NCBI RefSeq assembly: GCF_041146345.1
Contig: NW_027191417.1
Coordinates: 1,798,001 to 1,862,000, forward strand
Length of the DNA stretch: 64,000 bases
Direction: 5' to 3'
DNA from: Neodothiora populina
Lineage: Eukaryota
In this document: piece after piece, positions 1 through 13,341 of the stretch
Position numbering within the stretch: position 1 is the stretch's first letter
Layout of the letters: every line of letters starts with the position of its first letter
Made by a program: the position numbers and the translations under genes
The notes under the pieces: model-generated
Told to the model about the DNA's origin: nothing
The model's input: the letters and a program-made list of their open reading frames with translations, nothing else
Databases searched by the model: none

Positions 1-1131
1 ATGGACTTGATAGACCTGGTAGACTCACTACGCATACTCGGTAACAGTCTGTCAAATGAGAAACAGCTCGCACTTCCTTATATGTCCAGCTGACCAGAAA
101 TGAATCGACTCGATTGATTACCTGTTTTGCATCTTACCTTAGATCAATATCCGTCCTGTCTCACTCTTTTCACTCTGAACAAGAAATATCCCTATCTCTA
201 ACTCGAGGCCATTTCCCTCAGGCCTGCCTACCACACTAGACCTAGCTATATCTCACGCATGAATCTGATATCGAAGCAGGGAAAACAGTGACTCAGCGAT
301 CCACAAAAATCACTCCCAGCAGAATCATACCAATATCACCACACCTTAGCATTAAGTCCAGAGACAGTAGCCAAAGTAGTGTTGTTTACACCATATAGTC
401 GTTTGTCTCCCGATTACTTCACCCGCTCGACTCGCCGATAAGTGTGATTGTATATAAGCTAAGGTAAACACGCGCGACTCCGCGCGACCCCAGTGCACGC
501 GAGCCCAAACGCGCAGTCACGCAGCCACGCACGACCCGCCTTGCTGCCTCGCGACCCACGCCTAAGGTAACCAGCCCACGCGCCTAGCCCACGCGACAAC
601 TCACCCACGCCTGCTACCTATAGGGCCCTGTCTACCTCACCTTAATATGGGACAACATGAGCCCTGCGACGTCCGGTCGGGGCTTGGCTGCCTGCTGCTG
701 CCTTGATCTACTATAACGCCCGCGTCTAAGAATGGCAAGAAGGCGCAGATTGGCAGGCTGCCAGTCGAGGAAATGGGATTACTGGGTGGGTTCGAGTCAG
801 TGGGGTGGCTCTTGTTTGACGTCTTAGTCTAGTGCGAGGGGGGGCGGTGGTATGGTGGGTTGTATATATAAGGTAGTCTTGCTTGCTGCTCTGTTGTGTG
901 TTACTATGTTGTACTGTCATATCTTTAGGTATATCATTGGAATCTGATACTGGCTTGACGTATATACTGCGCTGTTGTTCTACTTTGCTTTACGCTGCTT
1001 CTATCGCTTTGGTCTGTGATCCATTGAAGAATTCGTCGCAGTTGCTACCGCAGAGGTTCACTTAGAAACGAGGAAATCACCGTGCACATTATATTTCTCA
1101 AATCAATCGATTGCCTTCTCCAATTCCAGAA

Positions 1132-2433
1132 ATGGAAGGACTATTATCGACCGCAATGCTCACCAACGATCCATCACCGCCGTCTATAGAAACGACGACA
1201 ACGCCAACGAGAAGAAGCAAGAGGAAGAGAAACCAAGTCTCGTATTACGAGGAGCCAAACATCGCACTTGACGAGGACGGAGATAACATGGATATCGATA
1301 CCGACGGGGACGAAACCAAGGATGACGAAGACGACGACGAAGACGAAGATGAAGTCGGGGACCATGTTGATCATAGATTGTTTGTAAGTAATGTATCTTC
1401 TCTGCCCAGCAATCATGACTTCGTATGCTCTGCATGTATGTGTATTACAAAAAAAATCCGTACTAAATAAGGGTATAAGAACCCAAAGTACCCCACTCAT
1501 CCCTTCGGCAAGAAAGCAAAGAAGAGCAAGAAGCGAAAAGTCGTCGCCGTCAAGGACAACAAGAACAAATATCAGAAGAAACGAAAGGGCGTGTTCCCCT
1601 TCCTCAGCTTGCCGCCTGAACTCCGTAATGAGATCTATGAGCACTGTCTCACGGCTGGCGAGGATGAGCTCCGGATTATTCGGGAACACAAAAATGTTCG
1701 TCGCGTTGCGGTGCGAGGCGAGAGCGAGCACTTCTGGACTTATGATCGCGAGCGTCGCGACTTCCAGGAAGCTCAGAAAAAGGCTGTCGATCAGGAGATG
1801 ACTGAGGCACAAGACATCGATGAAAATCAGAACCAGAGCTCTGTCGAGCAAGCTGATCAGGTCCACATCCCGAAGAAAAGGCTCTGTCCTGCTCTTTTGG
1901 CCGTCAACCGTCAGATCCACGACGAGGCTATAACCTTTCTCTACCATCAACCCATACACCTGGAAGACACGTACGCTCTGCATACTTTCATCTCGACACT
2001 CGGTCCCGAGACGCGAAGTCAACTCCGTGAGCTCGTCGTCCATCACTGGGGCGAAGGCCGAGGCGTTCACAAAGCCTATAACCATGCCGGCATGACATCG
2101 TTGGCCTTGTGCCACAACCTGCAAGTGGTAAGGCTTGAATGTGAACCCTGCCCATATTCAGGACACAGCAGTCGCGCCCCAGATTCCGACACTAAGAACT
2201 CGAAACTGCTCGCGAGGCAGCTCTACCGAGATGGGTCTTTTTGGTGCCAGGAAATCGCTGCCAGGGCCGGAAAATACGATGCTGTGCTTGATGTACTCCG
2301 TCTGAAGGAAGCCAACTTCGCAGCCTACCAACGAGCCGGTACACCATACGTCGAGAATAGGCATGACGAGGCAGCCCAACGGAGGAAAGCCGTCTTCACC
2401 GAGGAATTGAGGCGGCTGATGAAGACTCGATGA
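1132..2433 (+). CDS. F-box-like fungal protein (FPFLSLPPELRNEIY motif) with acidic and basic N-terminal region
   Basis: ORFs 1111-1470 and 1591-2433 share a frame. A phase-0 intron 1384-1479 (GTAAGT..TACTAAA..TAAG) removes the intervening TAA. The FLxLPxELRNxIY motif is typical of fungal F-box-like proteins. Confidence 0.75.
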
Positions 2434-2922
2434 AGTAATTGGATTTGAAGGCGAAGTCGTGGCTTGTGATCTGCCTGCGCTTCCTGATGCATCGTTCGTT
2501 GCGGGAACCAAGGGGATGTTGTTGCAGAAGTCCCGAAGACCCCGAAAAGAGCGGGCGTTCAGGCGGGCAATATATATGACAGGAATGATGTCGTTGGTCT
2601 ACACAGCGATCTGACGCCAGTGGTGCAGTCGTGCAGTCATGAAATCCAACAAATCCAGCGGTCTATCTTTTTGGTTTCGCCTTTTCCAGTTGTCTGTGTG
2701 TTCCACCCATGACCATATTGTCTGCATACTTCAGATCGTGATCCACCAAGAAAAAGTAGTAAATTCAAAGCCGAAAGACGACAGCCAAACAATGCCCCAA
2801 GGGTATCATTCGCACGTCCAGTAACACGCCAAACACCATTGCGCCTTCGCTCAAAAGATCGCTCATTCATATGAGGTTAAACTTAGATCGATCACTCCAC
2901 AGGCCCGAAGGTCGAACGACCG

Positions 2923-4144
2923 TCAATGCTCATCACTTCGCGCCGAATGATAGTACGAATAGTCTCCATTGATAGCCTGTGCCCAGGCATCACGAATGTG
3001 GTCCTTGTCACCACTCAACAGCATCTCGGCAATCTCGGTCAAGAGTTCTCGACTCAGATCAGGCACGAAGAATTGCAATTTGTCTGAATGGCTCCACAGC
3101 ACTATGAACGTCTCGACGGCGAGACCTCTGCCGATCGAGTCCGGTGGTAAAGAAGGATAGAGAAGCTCTATGAGGGGCCGCACGATCTGTTCCGACGACG
3201 AGATTGTTCTTGTTCGGTGCATGTCACCCATGCATCGTAAAATGCGGTTCATGACCTCATTCTGAAAGTCGGTGTTCTGGACCTTTTCGCCGAATATGTA
3301 TGCCTGGAGGAGATCGACATAAGTTTCGTAGAGACTACTCTTTGTGTTCGCAGTCAGGTCGAGGTCGGCGATGCTGGATGGATTGTAGATATATTGCGCA
3401 TATAATTGGAACACTATCGGACTGTCGTCTTCGAGTTCGAGCAATTCCGATTGCTCTGTTCCCTGGCGGAGCTTCTCAAAGGCGTCGGCGAAGAAAGGCG
3501 AGCTCTGCACCAGGCGGGCTTCATGGATGTGGAAGTCCTGAGATGAACTCGATGGACCGACGCGAATGAGTACGGGCTTAGTAAAGCTGTGGATAATTCA
3601 CATAAGTCAGTATTGAGATGATAAAATCTTGAGTCAGGCTGCTGGTGAAGCACAAAATACCAGCTCCGCGGACGGCAGTTCTGAATTTGACATTCTTGCC
3701 CCGTGGGGAGAGGCAGGCAGGATTTGGGCGGTGATTGATGCAATCAAGCAAAAGACGAACAAATACGACGAATGCGACAAGACCGAAAGTTACGCACCTG
3801 GTCATCATGTTCGTCTCTCTCAAGGCCATAGACAAGGCACTTTCCGTGCCTCGACAAATACGCTTATACGGCGGCGCCTCTATGTCGAAGTCCGGGTCCT
3901 GCTCAGAGTCGCTGGCGATCGCTTGCTCATCATCAAACACTAAAGCTTTGTCGTTCTCCATGCCGGCGCTAGGGCTGTCCACTTTCATCTTGCTGTCGTT
4001 GCTGTAGTAGTCAAATCCTGCGTCGCTGACCGGCGACACCTGTTGCGGCGACGGGCGATGCGTCCCTATGAGACGTCGCTTGTGTGCGACACTCAGGGAT
4101 CGTGAATACTCGTACGCGCCTACTGTGGTGGTCGTTTGCGGCAT
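2923..4144 (-). CDS. BTB/POZ domain protein
   Basis: Intron 3797-3587 (GTGCGT..CTGAC..CAG) joins NMMTS to FTKPVLIRVG..FHIHEARLVQSSPFF..LEDDSPIVFQLYAQYIY..YIFGEKVQNTDFQNEVM, a fungal BTB signature. The start is uncertain (4144 or a downstream ATG). Confidence 0.8.
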
Positions 4145-6758
4145 CTGGATGCCGACGCAGAGATTCGCACTCTTGCTCTCTGCTGACTCTGACGACAGGA
4201 TATAGAGTGGCGGTGGAGGGATGGTAGAGAACGAGCGGTCGCACCCAATCGTTATCGGGCAGGTGATAATTAGCGTGTATGTAGCCTGCTACAATATACT
4301 GGTGTCACGCGCGGGGTGTTCGGGGTTTGAATCGGCTGGCTATAGCGGACTATGCATATCACTGACGAGGAAACGGATGAAGGGAAAGAGGCAGACGCAA
4401 TACTGCAAGAGAGGAAGAACGAGCAGGCAATAGTAGCAGCGGCGGTGGTAATAATGGCCGTAGATTAGTGCGACGACATGGGACTCACCTACTCCACCTC
4501 ACTGCGACAACCCAACGCAGACCCTTGTCTAAAAGTGCATCCATCCCGCAGTCCGCCTCATCTCCCTCCCTCCCCGATCGGACCTAGAGGGTCGAATATA
4601 AGCGTTGTCACGTCAGCGCCTCCAATGGCTTTCTGCTATCGGACAATCCCTGTAGTTTGCATAATGCATCCCGCACTCTCTTCGAACGTCTCCGGCGCTA
4701 ACGCCGGTTCGCTGGGTAAGGCGGGCCTTGAGATACAGTATTGTCCTGTCATGCCAGGATGGGGCGAGACAAAGTGATGGCATCTTCCAACGAACCCCAA
4801 GCCAAACCAAGTCTGAGCGTGTCGGTGCGCCGCGTATGCTTGCCGCATGTCATAAGCTCTGGAATGGAAACTTTGGTCTTTTGTGGTTGTGGTGACTACA
4901 AAATAGAGTGATTGGATAAGCAAAAGTAGGATAAACTTGTCCACCGTTTATCGCGCATCGCTTGCGCAGCCGAATGGTACGGAGTTACTGTAAAACACTT
5001 TGTTGCGACAGCATGGCGGAAGTGCAGTCCGCCTTGGGATCGAAGCGTTCGTTCCGTTTCGCGTGCCGATCTTGTCTCGGTGTTATCGGGGTTGATTCTT
5101 TTTTTTTTCGCCTACTGATTACGCACGACGGCGGAAACATAGATGGATTGATAGCACCTTTCTCTCCATCAACTGTGGGAACGCAGACGATCCGGGTCAG
5201 GACATCCGTTGGTTCACGTCGATTGTTTCTGGTTTCTATACTTGGGCTCGTATTCGTACGGTGCGGATATAGAAGCAGACGACGTCGCAATGGACTCGTA
5301 GGGGCATACTTTTAGCTTTCTCACACAGCTAGCACAATGCCCCCCACGTTTCAGCCTGGTTCAACATGTTGCTTACGATGGCAAAAGTCTACCTCGGAGT
5401 ATATTATTGTTTGTATTGCATGATGAGACAACAAGCTCTCTGAATAAGGTATGCGATATCTGCATGCAGTATGCAGCAACAGCATCGTATTTCTGTGTGT
5501 CACAGCAACTGCCGTCCATCCTATCGCTTTTAAGTTTCTTGTGCGTATGCAATGGGGGAGATGGTCGACTAAGCATATCAGTGCCGGCCGCATTGTGTTG
5601 CCCTTATTCAACAAGGGCGCATGAGTATGGCAGCTGTCGTGCCGCGTCTGAAAAAAGCCTAAAAGACAAAAGCCATCTTCTGCAGGGAACGCCTTACAAG
5701 ACACTAGAGGATTCACGATACAACAAACAGCCAGATCCAGACTCTAATGTTGCTTCCTTCTTATCGCAAGATAAACAAAAAACAGAATCGGGACAGGGCT
5801 AGAGTCCGTCGTGCTTGGTTTTCATGTTTCTCATCAAATCAGCTCACTTTTCTTTCTTCGAGGGGATCAATTACTCGTTGAGCGTGATTCTGCTCTTCTG
5901 CATGTGTCGTGACTTGACGATACACACAGCACGTGGTCGCTACATGGCAGAATTGGCTCTTGTGCGGGGTTGATGATGGACCTGTGGTTGCTCGCCTTGC
6001 TTCATGCAGCTGACAGGAGCTGTCACTCTCAGACGTCACCTCACTCTGCCGAGTAGGAATGTGTGATCTCGCGCACAGTGAACTCATATAGGCTCTCGTG
6101 AGGGATAAGGTACTCTAAGTACACCTAGAGTGTGCTCAAACACTGCACTGGGTGATCATGAGGTGACAGCAAGGTAGCTAGCTAGCTAGCTATAATGACA
6201 AAAAGAGTTTTGATTCGTTTCAGCACTTTTTTTTGGTAATCGAACGACAGATACTCTGGTATCAACCAGAAGAATTCCCCGTGGCTGTGACAGACCCTCG
6301 AGAAACTATAACACAGAGGAAGATGCAGGCCTTTTCCGTAGCTAATGCGTCGCTGCCGGCGGTGATGCTACTTCGGTCAAAGAACCGCGATTCCTCGACA
6401 TTGACAGTGTGGATTGTCTATCTGTTCTGGCTTGTATTCCTGCATTTCGTGATTATGCATTTCTTCGCCTCCAATACTCCTGTCCAGCCAGATCGCAAGT
6501 CTCGAGAGTAGGCGTATTAAGACCATAAAGACTGTTTTGTCGAATGGGATGAGCTGGAAACATATCTTTAAAGTGAGAAAAGACGCCCTTTGATACATAT
6601 GTTATGTGAGCAAAACTATTCGAAAAAAACGCGCGCAAGAAAAAAGAGATATCTACAAGGAGCCCTATGCATTCATCAGTCAACTCCTTCGGTGCATGTT
6701 TTCACATTCGCTCTTTCCCTCCTTCCTACTCCATTTAAGTTCGGGAGACAGGAACAGC

Positions 6759-8397
6759 CTACTGTCCGGGAGCGATCAAGAGACCCTCCTTGGCTGCGTT
6801 ATGTGACCAACCACCGGCAAGAGCCTCGCCGCCGCTTCGTCGAGCGTGGTCGGCGATTCTTGCCTCAAGCTCGGGTCTGAAGTGTCTGATCAGACCCTGA
6901 ATGGGCCAGGCGAAAGCCTCACCCAAGGCGCAGATAGTGTGACCCTCGACCTGCTTGGTGAGTTCCTGCATCATGTCGATCTCGCGGGATCGGGCGGTGC
7001 CAGCCTCGAAACGCTTCATGATCTGGTCGGTCCACTTGGAACCTTCTCTGCAAGGAGTGCATTGTCCGCATGACTCGTGGTGGTAGAACTTGGAGAGACG
7101 GGAAATGGCGCGGACAACGTCGGTGCTCTTGTCCATGACAATGACGGCGGCCGTACCAAGACCAGACTGCGAGTCCTTCAGGGCGTCGAAGTCCATGAGT
7201 TGGTCGTCGCAGACATGTCGGGGAAGGATGGGAGTGGAAGAGCCGCCGGGGATGACGGCCTTGAGGTTGTCCCAGCCACCGATGACACCACCGCAGTGCT
7301 TGTCAATAAGCTCACGGAGAGGAATGGACATCTCCTCCTCGACGGTGCAAGGGTTGTTGACGTGGCCAGAGATACAGAAAAGCTTGGTTCCAGCGTTGCG
7401 CTCACGGCCGAAAGAGTTGAACCAGTTGGCACCACGACGGATGATGGTGGGAGCGACGGCGACGGTCTCTACGTTGGTGACGGTGGAAGGGCATCCGAAA
7501 AGACCGACAGCGGCAGGGAATGGAGGCTTGAGACGAGGCTTCCCGGGCTTTCCCTCGAGAGACTCGATGAGGGAGGTCTCCTCACCGCAGACGTAGGCAC
7601 CCATACCACGGTGAATGTAGACGTCAAAATCGTAGCCAGTGCCACATGCGTTCTTTCCGATGAGACCGGCTTGGTAGGCCTCCTGGATGGCGCGCTGGAG
7701 GACGGTGGCTTCGTGGTAGAACTCGCCACGGATGTAGATGTAAGCAGCAGTGCAGTTCATGGCGCGGCCAGCGACGAGACATCCCTCGATGAGCTTGTGG
7801 GGATCCTTGCGCATGATCTCGCGGTCCTTGCAGGTTCCGGGCTCGCCCTCGTCGGCGTTGATGACGAGGTAGCGGGGCTTGGTGTCCTTGTCCCAGTCCT
7901 TGAAGTTCATGAATGACTGTGCCAGTGTCAGTTGTGCATGTCTTGTTGCTTGTGAGACAGATGACATACCCATTTCATGCCAGAAGGGAAACCAGCTCCA
8001 CCACGGCCACGAAGACCGGAGGCCTTGATCTCTGAGATGATCTAATGATTGATATCAGCACCTGTTGTATTCTCTCTGAATCGTTCTGATGACGATTGAT
8101 CTGATATAGGACGAGTCATACCCAGTCGTGGCCCTTGAGAACAATCTCCTTCGTCTTGTACCAGTCTCCATACTTCATCGCGCTCTTGAGGTCGGTGCCG
8201 TGGTGGCCGTAGAGGTTCTGGAAGATGCGGTCCTCATCCTTGAGTCCTCGTGATCGGTTGACGGGAGGAGCATCTTGGACAGTGGCGAGCCCTCTTGCGG
8301 ATTGTGCGCTGGCGAGTTTGGAGGTGGCGGAGAGGGAGGAGGGAATACGGTGCGACGCCGCCGAAATGGCTTGTGCCGGTGCCTGTCGAGATAACAT
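6759..8397 (-). CDS. nuo-51: NADH:ubiquinone oxidoreductase 51 kDa flavoprotein subunit (NDUFV1/NuoF), mitochondrial
   Basis: Exons 8397-8122, 8041-7970, 7916-6759. Motifs [49 protein letters not shown] and HTICAL, with an N-terminal presequence. Confidence 0.98.
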
Positions 8398-8500
8398 CTT
8401 GCCAAATATGAGATGAAGATGAGACAGAGAGAATGGAAGAGAGTTCGGTGTGGTCAATTGACCGTGATGTGGTGGTAGAGAGAGGGTGCACAGTTGTCGA

Positions 8501-8527
8501 GGTCGATGTCGATGTCGATGTCGATGT
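8501..8527. repeat. (GTCGAT)n hexamer repeat upstream of the complex I subunit gene
   Basis: About 4.5 tandem copies seen directly. Confidence 0.85.
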
Positions 8528-9228
8528 CCGCCTTCCCAAAGTGCCACCGGGAAGAAGGTTGGAGGTCAATGCATCATCGACATTTGCAAGCTTCTGATTG
8601 GTCGGCTTTTGTCATCATCACGTCCTTGACCTCTGCTCGACTGCTTATTCGATGTCGATGCACAGGGATATAGCAACACCCATTCGTTGTTATCGAGTTG
8701 CGAATCAGAAATATATGTCTCTATATTTGCACCGTGATCGGTAGCAACTGGATCCTTTCGATTGATTGTATACAATGATGTATTGACTGCAGCTTGTCTC
8801 CAGGGACTTTTTCCCTTGACAATGCTTGTCCTATATGAGTGGGCACATTCTGTGTGAGTGACTTTTCGGTGAGTCTCTGCGCGTTGGGTCTGGCTCATCT
8901 CACCGCATGTAGAGTGCTTTTTGTGGTGAACCTGAAGTCTTAAATCTCAAGTTTGAGGCTGCGCCGGCCTGCTAGGCTGCCTGGCTGGTGTGTGCCCCGC
9001 CGCGATGTCGAGATATACTAATCTCAGTGGTAAACGTATAATGTGACACATGTTCTCCTCTCACTACGAGCTCTACGCGGCGGGCTTCCTTTCTCTTTCT
9101 ACAACGTCACATCATTTACTTCTCAGTTCGTCATCCGAGAGCTTCATATCCGTACATGCACTTCCTATTTTATCAAGAGCAGATCTGTCCATCCTAGATC
9201 ACACTCACATACATCAAGGATAAGCAGC

Positions 9229-10752
9229 ATGGCTTCAGGGGTTTACTTCACAGATGCAGTGACGACAGGAGGGGGATCTGCTGGAGAACAACAGGCGCGA
9301 GGATCTCGTCGTTCTCAGCCTAGTCACGGCCTTGAGCCCGCTCCTTTCTACCCACCTCTCCCTTCTACACAGTCACCACTATTTGAACCTATGAGTCCTC
9401 CACAACCTCTGACCAATCAAAAGAGAGGAAGAAACTACAGCAGCAGACTTGCGAGTGATCGCGAGCTGGGCTCTGTCCCTTTGGATGCGCATCTCCCTTA
9501 TGGAAAGTCACCACTATATGAGCCCCTGGTCTCGCCACGGACCCATGTCAAACTTGAGACAGGAAGCAACCATGGCGTAAACAACGTGAGTGACACCTCA
9601 AGCCTCGATCACTCCCCGAAAGCCCCCACCCCGTGTTGACTGCTAATGCTCTGTTCCCAGCCAACTACATTGGACGCTCGCTCTTCGACGGGATTTTCCA
9701 AGGACACAGGTAGCCAGATGGAAGACCATCGCCTTGTTCGCAAACGATCATACCGCTCCTCGCCAAGCTCAACCCAGCTGTCTCGAACAGATTCGCAGAC
9801 CCGGCGCCATGTGTATCGTGATTTCAAAGGTGTGCTACGCGACATCTGGCAACCTGGTGATCTTGACGGCTCGCGCAATGGTGAGCTACCTGGTACTACT
9901 CGTCACGCGGAGCGCTTTCGCTTCCTTCAACATGATGTCGGTCCTATAGGCGGCGATGCCAATTCGCCACCCAAGTATGTCATATTGGACGACAAGGCTT
10001 GTTACGATATCATACAGAGTAGCGCCTACACCGCAAAGCAATGTGGCAGATTTTGGTCTCACGACTTCTCCACCGTGGGTACCGTAAAGCAAGCTAGGCC
10101 CAACAGAGGCCGCCCAGCGCTTGTTTCTATCGAGGATGGAGGACAGATGGTCGACCGTGGCGACGACCGTGGACCCCAAGAAGTCGGGTGGGTGTTCGTT
10201 GGCAAAAAGGGACAAGGTCGCAAATACTACTTCACTGGTGAGAGGAGTGGATATCAGGGAGTCCCGTTCGATACACATGCTTCACCACATCATAAACGGA
10301 TGAAACTGGAAAATGATCTCACTACCTCTTTCTCACTACCTCGGCCAGTGAGAGACCGAGGCAAGAGCATGTTCGCGAACGTTACACCATCCGACGGCAT
10401 CACTCTTATCGACATGCGAGGCAGGATTCGCGATCGTGGCCGTTCATCTCAGCAGGAGGCGGTAACTGAGATAGCGGATGTTCAAGAAAGCCCATTCATA
10501 TCTGCGCGCAGTCTGAGTGATGACATGGGCACGACATCTACATCTTCGCTGAAGCATAATCGTGACTCTCACACATCGTATCGGGATGTATTCGACGAGA
10601 GGCATTCTGCAGAGCAGGATGCGACTACGCGATATGTTCGGGAAATGGAGACTACGTTGGGAGAGATGAAAAAGACCTTGCATAGCAGAGAGCTAGAGAT
10701 TGGCAGGTTGAGACAAGAGAATGCTAGACTGAAGCAGAGTCATAGGAGATAG
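9229..10752 (+). CDS. Hypothetical protein with Pro/Ser-rich N-terminus and C-terminal coiled coil
   Basis: A phase-0 intron 9586-9660 (GTGAGT..GCTAAT..CAG) joins two long ORFs. The C-terminus LHSRELEIGRLRQENARLK has a heptad pattern. No family recognised. Confidence 0.75.
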
Positions 10753-11379
10753 TCTGTTATCGTGGTACAGGCCCTTTGATATCGGTACGGTGGGTAAAAG
10801 CAGAAGGATAGAGCAAGCAGCAAGGCAATGACACAGCTGAGGAAGGCGATGCCAGTTGTGACGAAGCTGGGGTGGTCAAGGTCAATTGATTAGCTACAAA
10901 TGATTCGGCCATCTAGGCCTTCACTCCGAAGTTCAAGAACATGTTGTACTGTAAGGTAGTCATCAAAAGTAGGAGAAAGCAGCTCCTCAAGTGCAAGCGT
11001 GGGTGGTTGATAGGAATGACAGAATCGGCAAGTGCAAGCGAAGCACTTCAGCAGGCTTGGCAGAAAGTCGCGTCAACTTCACAACACGCCAATCCGATAG
11101 AAAGAGACGCGCATAAACAATCACCAAAACAAGACAGAATAACTCTTGCATATCAGAAACCAGAAACCATCAGACTGACCTTTGGCCCAATCTCCGGATC
11201 TGTATACATGCTCTTGCTTGGCCACCCCGAACCACATGTCAGTACCTTCACCTGCAGGCTTTCCCAGTAAACGACTCAGAGTGACCCTGGCCCTTTAAAG
11301 ACAGCAAAAGACCCGAGTAAGCAAGTCTCAGTCATCCCTCATCCTCACGAGCAACTACACACATCGACACGCCTGGCCA

Positions 11380-12316
11380 ATGGCGACATCAGCACATCCA
11401 ACATTCCCGTCGCGGCCCTACACCTCGACTCTCGGCGCGCGCGCAGCAAACACATCTTCGAATCCACAGCAGCAAAACCCGTATGGGGCACCCACGGCGC
11501 AAGGCACAGGCGCAGGTGGACCTTCGGGAGTAGGAGCCAGCACGAATCCCTATGGTCCAGTGGGCAGTGGAGTCTACGGGAGTGCGGGAAGCGGAGGCGC
11601 ATTCGGCGGCGCGAGCGGGCAGAGCCAACAACAGAGGGAAGCGGCGCGGTTGGAACGCGAGAGGATCGAAAGGGCGGAGAGGGAGAGGAGGGAGATTGAG
11701 GAGAGAGGGGTGTTGGAGGCGCTGAGTGAAGAGCAGAGAGAAGAGATCAACGAAGCCGTGAGTTGTTTTTCCTCTTTTTCTTTTTCTCCTCAAATACTTG
11801 CGGCTAATAGTCCCACAGTTCGCCCTCTTTGACCTGGACAAAGACTCACATATCGACTACCACGAGCTCAAAGTCGCCCTGAAAGCCCTCGGCTTCGACC
11901 TGCCCAAATCAGAGATCTTAGCCATCCTGCAATCCCACGGCATACCCGCATCATCACTCTCTGCGAACCCAGCCGCTGCTGCAGGAGGCACAGCAGCCGC
12001 CGCGCAACCGAACAACCCAAATGCAAAACCGACCTTCTCGGGCCCTACACGCCTGGTCCTCCCGCACTCGGCCTTTGTGGCGATAGCCGCCCAGCGCATC
12101 CACGACAGAGACCCACGAGAAGAAATCCTGCGCGCCTTTGATCTCTTCGACGCAGACGGCAAGGGCACAATCAATCTCGCGGATCTGAGAAGAGTGGCGC
12201 GCGAGTTGGGCGAGGGCCTGCAGGAGGAGGAATTGATCGCCATGATCGAGGAATTCGATCTCGATGGCGATGGCGCGATCAGTCGGGATGAGTTTGTGGG
12301 GATTTGCTTAGGATGA
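11380..12316 (+). CDS. CDC31: Centrin (EF-hand spindle pole body protein)
   Basis: Intron 11758-11818. [32 protein letters not shown] and EEILRAFDLFDADGKGTI..LRRVARELGE..MIEEFDLDGDGAISRDEF match Cdc31. Confidence 0.95.
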
Positions 12317-13208
12317 ATTTTGAACCGATTGACGCTGTTTGGCTTTTTTCCCTATACTACTATATGGTCTTACCTCGACGGCTGTGGCGTATTGGCCATC
12401 GACACGCCTGTCAGTGCTCACTGTCTTCTCCAGGGCGGGGCGTTTGCCTGTCACAACCCACTTGGATGATCGCACGAGAGACTCGCAAAGACACGACGAA
12501 TTTCCAGCATCACCTCGCACCTCCTAGAGCAAGAAAGGGGAGATAAAGCCCACGAGGAAAAGCTCCGCACGCAATAAAGCAGGAGACACGAATCACGTAT
12601 CTGGGAATCTCTCTCTCTCTCTTGCTATTATTACCCTTCTGGAAGACATTGGTTTGGCAGCAAACTCGAAGCAAGCTCGAAGCATTTTAGCTAGCGACGG
12701 CGTTTTTCCATGGCGTCCCTTTTTGTTTCCTTTTCTGTCTCTCTTATACCTCAGTAGGCACTGTCTTGTAATGATTGTTATCCATTATCTGGGAGTCGAG
12801 ACCCTTCCTTTCTTTCCTCTTTGATGTTGTTCGAGTGAGGGTGCTCGCAAGTTTCGGGTACGGTCTGGCAGGTAGGAAAGTCGAGATCAGAAAGGGAAGT
12901 CACGCACTTTCATGAAATAGAATACCTTGCTGCAAGTCCGTGGGGGAATTCATTCTACTTTTGAGACATCACACTCGAGTAGCAGGAATAAAAAGGCATC
13001 ATCAGACAAGTGTGATCACTTTGGCAATACAATGGTAGTATAGCAGACAAGAGGGAAGGGTTCTTTTCGTTTCTCAGGAACAATTCTCATGGATCCACAA
13101 AGTCATGTTTTTCTTATGACAAACTCGGCATACTATACGTATAGTGTAAGTAAAGACAGGGGGGCCCATCGAGGGAACGAAGAGTCTGTTTCTCAAAAAC
13201 CAGATAGC

Positions 13209-13238
13209 AGAGAAGAAGAAGAAGAAGAAGAAGAAGAA
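13209..13238. repeat. (GAA)n microsatellite
   Basis: About nine tandem GAA units between two convergent genes. Confidence 0.9.
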
Positions 13239-13341
13239 TAAGTTATCCACAAAGAGAACGAACGCCAGACAAGACGACAGTGTCTCCAGAACAATATCGA
13301 CGTTGTCTTTTTCTCATGTTTGTTCCAATCTCTTGAATCTC

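Noticed and set aside
1..1000. TpA-rich stretches suggesting a RIP-mutated repeat
   Set aside because: CpA and TpG remain common and AT content is only moderately raised, so this cannot be supported without a computed RIP index.
4200..6700. Short ORFs and TGATGA..CTGA pairs (about 5420 and 5970) suggesting small genes or C/D snoRNAs
   Set aside because: Box spacing is too short, I see no terminal stem or recognisable rRNA guide, and the ORFs lack coding character.
7077..7916. Long antisense ORFs over NUO51 (likewise over BZZ1, DBP5, the EamA gene and the F-box-like gene)
   Set aside because: They mirror the strong codon bias of the sense genes and show no motifs of their own.
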